Shown: positions 26,104 to 36,158 of the stretch, piece after piece
Numbering within the stretch: position 1 is the stretch's first letter
How the letters are laid out: every line of letters starts with the position of its first letter
Assembly (NCBI RefSeq): GCF_902459465.1
Contig: NC_047062.1
Location: 21,514,001-21,578,000, forward strand
Direction of reading: 5' to 3'
DNA: 64,000 bases
Origin: Asterias rubens
Taxonomy: Eukaryota
Notes under the pieces: generated by a model
The model's input: only the letters and a program-made list of their open reading frames with translations
Databases searched by the model: none
Told to the model about the DNA's origin: nothing
Position numbers and translations under genes: made by a program

Positions 26104-26174
26104 GTCAGCTGGGGATTCGAACCCACAATGTTGTGATTGCAAGTCCTGCAGTCAAACCACTTGACCACGGCGAC
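26104..26174 (-). mobile_element. tRNA-derived SINE-like head (Ala-TGC-like loop), not a functional tRNA
   Basis: A box TGGTCAAGTGG, B box GGTTCGAATCC and loop CTTGCAA are present. The D-stem pairs but the anticodon and acceptor stems are broken. Confidence 0.6.
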
Positions 26175-26792
26175 ACGCTAGAGAGTATGCAGTGTTGCTA
26201 AGACCTCCATTGTCATTGACCCAAATAAAAATAAAATTTTGTCTTCTTTTTGTTTTTTGACACTTTGTTCACATTCATGACATTCACCCAACTCAAGTGC
26301 TTGGATTTGAATGATTTGTAATTGTGTTAATCTCTCATCAGCATTCAAGTTTACATTGATTACTCGACAGGATCCTTACTTAAGTGAGGTTTTTAGGCCA
26401 AGCATGCATGGGTGCTTGATTGTTGAGTGTAGATCAGACACAAAAGTGCATTCAGAAAAACAACACTCAAGAAACTGCTGACAAGGCAAAAGGTGCTGAA
26501 GACAAGACATTTTTGGCCTAAGCTAAGTTAGTCAGCCAGCATGGTCCATAAAGTGGTGAACAGATGCAAAATTTTAGCCCAATACACAGACATAAAGATT
26601 AAAGCATGCTTGAGAACAAACAAAAAATGGATTCCAAAACAATGAGAACCCTCCTAAAACAAATAGGCCGGTCGTTCAAGATGCACTATTTTGCAGCCAG
26701 CTGACCAGACCCGGCATTTTCATTTGTTGTAAAATATAGAAGCACAATGCTTTCGTTAAAATTGATGAAAACAAGTGCATTTTAATTGTTAC

Positions 26793-26910
26793 CTGAACAG
26801 CAACTCCGTTTCAGTAAGAACTCGAGCGCACTCCCAGTAAAATAAGAAGAAACTCTACATGCAGGTTTTCGTTTTCATACATCAGCTGGATTGCGCCATG
26901 TTGAACCATA
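26793..26910 (-). promoter_or_regulatory. Probable BRF1 non-coding first exon / promoter region
   Basis: Donor CAG|gtaaca at 26792, a local rise in CpG, and a YY1-like GCCATGTTG motif near 26895. The transcription start site cannot be determined. Confidence 0.45.
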
Positions 26911-29168
26911 ACATTTTATCCGTTCGTTTGTTCGTTGTGAATGTATAGCTCTCCACTGAGTAGATTCGTCCACTTTTTCAGAGGTGGTTCGTTGTTTGAC
27001 CGGGAATGCTGTTTCAAGTTCATTTGGAAAAGGGGTAAAAAATAAGGCGTACTGCTGCAATTTCATAAATCTTGTGAGCGTAATAACTGGCTAAGCACAG
27101 AAACAGGCATATAAAATGACGTTAAGTTGACATTGCTTTGACTGGTGCCCCATCAATTTTTGCTTAGCAAAGAAAATATGCTAAGCAGTACTTTCTGCTA
27201 ATGAAACTGGCCCTTTCTACCTCCATGCTATTCTACCTCCATGCTATAAACCTAGAGCAGAAATGTTTGCTTGACAAAGCTGTATCTGTGCAGGATGCCA
27301 ATGTCAAAAGGCAATACGTGTGATATGGTATTTTGGCTACCTGGTGATTTAGGCCCCAAAGTTTTTTTCATTTATTGTCTTGTCTCGTTTGGGGGGGGGG
27401 GCTTAGTAACCTTTTTATTTGAGCAGGTGTTTCCAAATGGGCCCATTGCTTTTGCTTTTAACGATAACAATCGTACTTGCACCTTGTTCATGGCGGATTT
27501 TATTTAGCCCCCCCCCCCCCGCCCCCACCAAAAAAAAAAAAAAAATAAAAAAAACATTGTACATAATTACTGCCATCATCAGCGCAGACCTACATGAGAT
27601 ATTCATATTTCAAGAGATATGCTAGCTTTTCTTCAGGCCTTGAGACTTGAGAGCATATATAGTAGCCAGAACTCGTCCCTTTATGTGCGAGTTCTCAGCA
27701 GATCTCCTATAGGGATACCATGGAGGAAGTCTATTTCTTCCTCCATGGAGGTACCAAACCATCGATGTTTCCCATATTGATAGTATTGAAGATTCAGGGG
27801 CGTTTGATGTCAGTTTAAATTATTCGGACGGAGGATCGGAGAGAGCTTGTTCACATTTAGAAAGGCTCATACATTTTGCATTACAAGTCTGGATTGAGAT
27901 AATGTTAGCGCTGGTCCGACCTTCTGCACGCACCCATCACCCGGCCGGCCGGGCCGGTCTGAGACTGCGTCCATTACCACGGCAGGTCACTCACTGCCAC
28001 GCCTTCAATGCACTTTACAGGGATGAGAACGTCTTCTAATCGTGTCAAATTTGGTCTGCTATTACTGTTAGCAAAAATAAAAGCAGTTTATGTCCCCTTT
28101 AATCCCCAATATCCCCGCCCCCTCCCATCCACTTGAGCTGTCATCATCATCAACGAGCGGAGGCAGTGATACCATCAGTTCAAAGAGTTCAGTGGATTCA
28201 TCAGCGACCACCACCAGTAGTTAGCAGTAGGCTGATAGCATGCCAGCCTCGTTGTTTGCTCAAGCATGTTGGGAACTCACCGCATTACCCAACATTAGCA
28301 TCCGCCGCATCCGACGGCCTTGAACATACCCTCTACGCTGTCATCAATATAGTCATCCTCGCCACACTCGTGCCCGCCCCTTAGCAACGGCGCAATGCGC
28401 ATGACTGCAAGAGGCGATTGATGACTGGTGGAGATGTGTTTGAGCTCAGCATGGGTGGTGACTTTTACAATGACTGAAAAAAAAAAAAAAAAAAAACACA
28501 CACTGGAAGCCGACCTAAAATGCCCAACCATCGCGTGACAAGGTGCTATGACCGCCCACCGCCACAACTACGGACATGGAGTAGAGAGAGCTTGGCCGGA
28601 CCGGTATGGCAGTTTGAGGGTGCTGAGTTTTGAAAGAGGCTGGGAGCATAGTCCTCCAAACATTACTTATTCATCAATGTTCTTCTCCACGACAAGGTTC
28701 GGATGGTTCCTGCAGTCGGAGGAAACAAATTAGATGAAACGAGCGAGCGGTTGGTAGCTCCTCTTTGAACGTCACAGCCAACGGACGGATAAAAAGACCG
28801 CATTTTCCAGCACGTGTGTCATTGTTTTAACGGATTCGACTCTCGCCGATTTGAGGTTTATCGTCGTCTTTATTATAAACCTCATGCTTCATGCATCAGT
28901 TTTCACCACCGGCACATCTGCACTTTGGTCGATGTACACCGTTCACAGTTTGACCGGGTCTAACCCAACGGTTACCTCTTAGCGGAAAACTGCGTGTGGT
29001 CTGTGCACCGAACTAGGTCACCAGACGACCTTTCCTTTTGCGATAGAAATAGAAAAGGCATCAGGCACAAGGTTTCCGGACAGAAACATTTACTCTACAA
29101 AGAGTATTCACCCCTAAGAAATTTACACGTTTGAACTCCTAATCAGAGGCTAACTCTACAACAAAATC

Positions 29169-29594
29169 ATGGCGAACGAAGCTCAGCTGTTGAAATTCGC
29201 GGGAAAGTGGAAACTTGAAAAGAGCGAGAATTTCGACGAGTACCTGAAGAAGATGGAGGTGATGTTGCCGATGCGGGCAGCGGCCAAAGTCATGACGCCC
29301 ACGTGCGATATCGACGTGCAAGGGGGAAGTTTCGTGATCAAGATGAACGTACCGGTGATCACACTCCACGTGCAGAAGTTTACCCTGAACCAGCAATTCG
29401 AGGACCTGCTGCCCAACGGGACCAAGCAACTGACCCAGGTCAACTGGGAGGATGGAAAGATCGTCCTACGGGAAGTGGACAAGGGGGACCCGCCTCACGT
29501 GGTCACTCGAGAGGTCAGCGATGCCGGCACGGAGATGACCATGACGTGTACCAAGGGAGACATCATCTGTAAAAGGTTCTACCGAAAGGTGTAA
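29169..29594 (+). CDS. Intracellular lipid-binding protein 1 (FABP/CRABP-like), 141 aa, single coding exon
   Basis: F-A-G-K-W-K-L-E-K-S-E-N-F-D-E-Y-L-K N-terminal signature, TRE and C-terminal CKRFY motifs, and high GC at third codon positions. Confidence 0.93.
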   Translation: MANEAQLLKFAGKWKLEKSENFDEYLKKMEVMLPMRAAAKVMTPTCDIDVQGGSFVIKMNVPVITLHVQKFTLNQQFEDLLPNGTKQLTQVNWEDGKIVLREVDKGDPPHVVTREVSDAGTEMTMTCTKGDIICKRFYRKV

Positions 29595-31283
29595 GCATCA
29601 CCGGTCAGAAAGAACAAAGATCGATGTTCGAGAAGAAGAAGACAAAAAAACCTGCTGCACCCTGGATGAGAAAATTCGCAAAGAAATTTATATAGCGTCA
29701 GGGTTTTCGTTATCAGTTTCGCCATTCGTATATAATTCGTAAAAAGGGCTCTTCTTTCTAAAAAATAAAAAAAAAATAATAATAAATAAATAAATGCACT
29801 TTAACTTCGCGACATACTAAAACAAAAAGCTTTTTAAAAACACAAACACCAGGGAATTGTGGTAGGGGAAGCTATGACTCATAATAAATCACATTATACG
29901 CTCGCGGAGGTTTTCAGCACTGCCGACTGATGCCTACCCAAGGCCACTGCATCGCCTGCAATGACCTTCAACGCGCTCGGATATTGGATTGTGTGGTCGG
30001 TCCACCAGCTATCAACATTTTACCGGTACCTCGGCAAGTGCATTTCCTTCCACTTCGCTTAGCAATTACATAATTACTGGAGAATAATAAACAGAATTTT
30101 CTTCGGTGGCACCATCGCTGTGAAAAAGAAAGTGAACGGCCACGAAGACATTCGTAAGTTATTCATGGATTTTTCTGTTTTGTTTTTCGAGTACCTGTTT
30201 CTATAAAGCAGTGAAAAAATAAAAACCAAAGAAAATGATCAACGAGAGATTTAACTTACTCGCCCTTTTCCCGAATGAAATGTGTGGGACTATTCTGTGG
30301 AAATGTCAACTAGAATGTAAGTTTTTAATCGGCGATTCAATTAAAAAATATATACAACAACATTCACAATGGGGGTTATCAAGTCTCTGCCTGACCAAAC
30401 TGATGTCAACTTCACATGCATGAATAACATTCTGTGTTCATTGAAACAAATTACAAAATTGCTTTTGATAATTGGCATTTTCCATTGACTAAATTTTAAG
30501 GTTGATACTGTTTAGTTTACAACACTGACAAATCAAAAAAGGGATTGGGTCAAAACTTGCTTTTTAAAAGTTTGCATTGCCCGTATTGTGACGACTTGAA
30601 TCCTTGTTTTAGCAGTGGACCACGATCAGTATTTCCCCCACACATTCAAGGGGTAAACATTCTCAAATTACAAATCTGCAAATTGGATTATTAAACTGGC
30701 ACAAACGGGAATTTCTTTGTCAATGTCAAATCCAGGTACAAAAGTGCAGGCTTTATATATACAGAGCTTGCATTGCCGTTGGATGCCGCGGAACTATATA
30801 TGCAAAGCAACAATGCATGGGAATGGTATTTTTTTCTTTTTTCTTTTTTAAGTAACAGGCCTGTGGCGATGTTCCCTTTTAAAGCTTTATTCCAATGCCT
30901 CAATCTTTTAAAAAGTAACGATCATTGAGTAAAATAAATGCAAAATTGTATATTATTTTAGATTATAGAATGGTGGTGTTGTTCTTCATGTGACACTCAA
31001 AATTGAGTATAAACATTATAGTGACACGTGTATTATGTGTGTATAAAAAGCGAATCTATGTAAAGTTGTAAAGTATTGAAATATTAATTAGTCGACTTCA
31101 TCCTAACACGTAGTAATTATCTTAATTATAGGTTTGTGTATTTTGTTTATAAAACCAAACGATTGCTCACCAAAAGGAGATTTTTTTTGCTCAAAAAAAT
31201 GCACAATATGGCTTCTTTTAAACAGCTCAACCAATATTCATTAATCAAATGTACCTGCTAAAAAAAATATTAAATAAACTTCA

Positions 31284-31487
31284 CACTGCAGAAACTGGGG
31301 TGTTAAAATGTATACCATAGGTGTAGTTACATACCGAAAAGAGAATCACAACACCATCAGGGTGTTAAAATAACACTATCACGCAAGCACAATTCCATTG
31401 GTGTTAATTTGACGCCCTATATCATGTCACTTTTGATTCTCTCTTGGGTATCTTTGTGTGGATTTTAACATCCAGGTTTTTGCAGTG
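31284..31487. mobile_element. CACTG-ended MITE (EnSpm/CACTA-like) with subterminal GGTGTTAA repeats
   Basis: CACTGCAGAAAC...TTTTTGCAGTG; second copy at 31655-31873. Confidence 0.65.
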
Positions 31488-31961
31488 TATAAACGCAGAG
31501 TTATTCCTGCAAATATTACAAAGCAAAATGTGAGCGTTATGAATGTATCTCAATAATTAAAGCCTTCAATCGGTGTAGTTGTAATACTATAATATATGCT
31601 AATTTATTCAAGTGATATTTCCAATGTATGTGATGCATTTTTGTACGAACCAAACACTGCAAAAAGTGGGGTGTTAAATTTACACCATTGTGCTGACAGA
31701 TGTAGATACAAAAAAAACGAATTCAAAATCTACATCATAAGGTGATCAAATGACACCAAAATAACACTTATTTCTGCCAACCCATTTACATTGGTGTTAT
31801 TTTTACACCAGATACTTTGTTTGTATCTATGTTACCACACCCTGGTGTCAATTTAACACAAGTTTTTGCAGTATAGAATGGGGAAGGAACTTGAAATTGA
31901 GATTAACTCAATAGAGAAGTAGGCCTACAGCGGGGGTAAAATGATATCATTGACTCACACA

Positions 31962-32130
31962 CACTCTAAAAACTCTCGGGTCAAATTTGACCCGGATTCC
32001 GAGTTTGGGGAGGCTAACCCATTTTGAGGTCAAACGCTGCCCCTGAAAGTGGTTTAAAATCGGCTCCGACGGGTCATGCTGACCCACAAATGGGTCAGGT
32101 ACCACGTGACCCTGATCCGGATCAATTCTG
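31962..32130. repeat. CACTCTAAAA-headed repeat rich in GGGTCA/TGACCC palindromes
   Basis: Three related copies (~31962, ~32469, ~34335) share CTCTAAAAACTCTCGGGTCA(N)4TGACCCGG-like heads. Confidence 0.65.
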
Positions 32131-34929
32131 ACATGTAAAAGTCGTGATGTAAAGTAAGACACCAAGTGGATATCACCTGCTTTTAATCTTCAAGATATCT
32201 CCAAATAGTTACAAAAAAGTGTGTCTGTTCGATTCTCCATCCTTTTATCAACATTATCTTTATGCTCGATACTATTATGCGGTATTAAATCTAAATGGTA
32301 TGCATCGATGTATTCTATAACAGAGATAAAATGCTCATTGTCGCCCACTTGCATTAGGCGAATTCTATCAGCGCTATAAACGACATTTCAGACGGGGGGA
32401 TTATTAATAATGCCATGACATAGTACTTTGGCAAGTCTATTCTGTGAAATGAACAGGAATATGCTGTCCACTCTAAAGACTCCCGCATCAGAATTGACCC
32501 GGGTTTAAGAGTCAGTTTGACCCGGAATCTGTATTCAAAATTACTAAGAAATGGGTCAAACTGACGCAAAATTCAAGTTAAATTAAAAAAAATTTAAATC
32601 AGTTTCCGGGTCAGCCTGACCTTAAATACAGGTCATGCCCACTATGGCCCAGAATGGGTGTAACCAACTGAAATGACTGTTTCTTTCTTCAGATTTATCA
32701 TTTTGTTGTTCCCTGTGTTGTGACTTAATTTATTTCAAACCCAAAGAGGCTGATGCTGGGAATCGTTTGTATTACTTTTTTTATTACGAGTTATGTGATA
32801 GCGTATAGCACGCTTTAGGTAAGAAAAGAAATGTATGGTGAATAAAAGTGCATTTTGCTCCAACCATAAACATGCAGTGATTTGTTCAATACAAAGCCCT
32901 TTTACTTTTTCCTTCAGCAAATGACCCCAATTTAAGTTGTTTTGAGTCAGATTTGGGTTTTCTAACAACCTGATATGCCTATTATAAATTGCAATTTAAT
33001 TCTAGCAATGGGTGAATGCATGCAACGCTCTCAGAATGGGGTCTCAAAGGTTCTATTTAGATAACCTACAACGATACATTCGTTTTGTCCCATGTTGAAG
33101 TTTCGGCTCAGAAACTAGGCTAACATTAAGAAATACGGTCAGTCAGATTTGTTGTTGTCTACAATATGTATGGACGTTCTTAAAATACTTCATAGTTCTT
33201 CTCTTTGAATGTATCAATTCTGGGCCGGGCCATAGAGATGTGTGTTGTGAAATGTCTCCTATTCCAAGACAATTTCAGTCCAGAAAACGCATGTGTGACA
33301 CACTGGGTGCCAGACTAGACCGCACATCGTTGGGCTGTGCTAACATTCGGACCGAATAGCGTCCAGCAACAACAATAAAACTTTTCAAACTCGCAACCCT
33401 CTTATTAAGGACACTGTACTCGTCGTACTGAAGACATTTTATGTGTGCGGACTGGGTAATTATTGGCCATAGTTTGAGATAAAAATAGACACATTTGAGA
33501 GTTGGAAGTTTTGGTCCAATATCAACAAAATCGACCGTGCCGGCATGGTCAAAATTTTTAATATTTGGGTCAAACTTTTTCGGGTGATTATGGGTGTGCC
33601 TGATGGATACACGTGAAAGTAACGTCGAGGTTGGCAGGCCTTGAATTTCATCTTTGAGAGGGTAAGGCCGTTTTCATTTTGCAAAGGGCACTTCCATTGG
33701 AAAATCTGCAAGTCTATGTGAAATTTTTGAAGGGTACAAAAGCCAAAACCGGCCAACAGTTGCCATGCCTCATTTGCCCCACATGCCTGTAATGGTGAGG
33801 TCATGACTCGTTGTGGTATAGTGACTTGAATATAATGTGCCCCACTTTCATGACACTCTAGATGTGACGGATTGACAACAACGTAAGCCAATCTGAGATG
33901 ATGCAGACCGTCAGCTGCACTAAGACCACGGCACCGTGCCTCCGAGGGGAGGCTGGCGACACCAACACCCTTGCCGTCTATCGCACCAATAGTCCCCCAA
34001 GTTTCCAGCAGCGTTCGCTGTCTTTTTTCTTTTTTTGATCAATGACGCCACATTACAGCTTGATAAACGACTATGTACTTGAATGACTGAGGATAGTAAT
34101 GCAAAGAATGCGTGTATGCTGACGTGAGGTTTAATCAGAAAAACAACATGATTTCATAAGATGGTTGCTTTAATGTGAATCGTTTAGAATGTAATTGGAC
34201 CGATGTATAGGGTTAACCATGCAGATCATCCAGGAAATTGGTCATGTTTTAGTAATAACCATCCTTCATCATGCAAGCTGCCAGACACTTTGTTCCGGGT
34301 GGTGTATCTATATCATCCAATACTGGTTCTCTCTCCCTAAAAACTCTCGGGTCAGAATTGACCCGGATTCCGGGTCTCAGTGGGCCTGACTGACCCATGT
34401 TTGGGATAAGGCTGACCCGGAAATTGGTCAGGCCCGACTACTGGACCCGGAATCAGGGTCCATTCTGATCCAATGGAAAGTTTGTTATCATTTACATTGT
34501 GCCCAATTTGGACGACAGCGGGCGCTCATCAATCTCTCAAGAGAAGTGTGAAAATCGTACATTCGTTATACGCGCCAGCTTCAAATTAATTTGAATAGCT
34601 TTTTTTGATAGCTTTTTAAATGCATGAAAGTCCACGTCTTAAATTTAGTGAGTTTTTTATAGTGAACATAACTATGGTGTCAATGCCTGAATAAAACCAG
34701 GATGAAACGTTACAAGCATTATAATATAACAGTTTAGTTACTATTTAATTTATATTAAACAATTATTTCATTCATATTTCACTCGCAGCTCCAAAACACA
34801 TACTGACGTGATTGCCCACAAAAACAATTAAGCATGATAAATTATTGAGTATTCATGTAAAAGACAAACGATCAGAAGTTTTACAGCTCATTATCAAAAT
34901 GCAGTATACATACACTAAGCTAAATAAAG

Positions 34930-35235
34930 ATGGCGGCCGCTGAGCTAATAAAGGTTCCTGGCCCACAATATCGGTGCGATTTACACCCATAACCAGCTAA
35001 TACAGTCGTCTCAAGCAGCTCTTTAAAATGTCTGGCTCGACTGAGGAGGAGCTTTTCACCGCGGCATCAGCAGCAGCATCGGGGGAAATCGTTGCCAGAC
35101 ACGGCATGCGTGCGAACATCCATCCCCTCCCCCTTTTCGTCATCGATTCTCGGCTCAGGCATGAAGGTGATCGCCACGTGTAAAAAATGTGCCGTCGTCT
35201 GCTCCGGAAGGACGGATCACCTGCCTCCTCTCTGA
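34930..35235 (+). pseudogene. Possible decayed coding remnant (101-codon frame with one premature TAA)
   Basis: GC-rich patch with frame MAAAELIKVPG...*...GSGMKVIATCKKCAVVC; only a weak resemblance to the termini of iLBP gene 1. Confidence 0.2.
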
Positions 35236-35823
35236 GGATCAAATGCATCCTCGTCAGTGTCTGACGTTTCCATGGTGATGAGATGGAGTGGATTTCTTCC
35301 CCTCATCTCTTTCTATCTCTCATGGGTGCATGAGCCCAGACGGACTGTACTCCTTTTCATAAGAGTGTCTGGCGAATTGTGTGCTCATCTTATGCATCTG
35401 TCGTGTTTGCTTTATTTGATTTGTCCCTTTTGAATTTTGAATTTTTATTCAAATTGACAAAAATCGTGACCTTAAGGTCAAATTGCAATAGTCATTACAA
35501 AAGTTACAAATAGATATGAATTGTTACAAATAGATATGAATTGTTTGTATGCTCTAAATGCTGCATTTTTATGGCAAATGTCGTTTAATAAACCATTTGT
35601 TCAGTCGTATAAGTGAAAAATAATAATTGATAATTCCTTCCGACCGTGTGGCAGCACCCGCCTCCCCGCCGTTCGTTGACCGGGCAGACTTGTCCTAATT
35701 TTCCCGCAGAGTAATTTTAGACTGGCTGTGAGCATTTCCGGTTTCCAGGCAGAAGAGACTACGGAACCAAACCATATCAAGAGACGCTGGCCGGCACTCT
35801 TTTCAGAAAAAGGGGGAAATTAA

Positions 35824-36158
35824 AGGCACTACCGACACCTTTGGTCATTGTCAAAGACCATTATTCTTACTTGGTTTATCCAACAAACATAATGCATAAA
35901 ATAACACATCCGTGAACATTTGGACTCATTGGTCATCGAAGTTGCAAGAGAATAATTAAAGAAAAAACACCCGTGTTGCACAATAATTTGTGTGCTTTCA
36001 GATGCCGAAAAAGGACATTTTGGAGTGAGAAATTGGCCTATGACCTCCTTAGGCTGTTTGTCACAATGTTTTATACTATCAACAGCTCTCCATTACTCGT
36101 TACCAAGTAAGTTTTTTGCTAACAATTATTTTGAGATTACCAACAGTGCCAAGTGGCT
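35824..36158. mobile_element. Kolobok-like MITE family A copy
   Basis: TTAA|AGGCACT...AGTGGCT|TTAA; internal sequence homologous to 8578-8927. Confidence 0.75.

Noticed and set aside
26104-26174. Functional tRNA-Ala(TGC)
   Set aside because: The anticodon stem forms only about 2 base pairs and the acceptor stem is mismatched; recorded as a SINE-like remnant instead.
35503-35542. 20-bp direct duplication; similar ones at ~22671 (15 bp x2), ~27218 (16 bp x2) and 36214-36267 (27 bp x2)
   Set aside because: Ordinary slippage duplications with no further structure.
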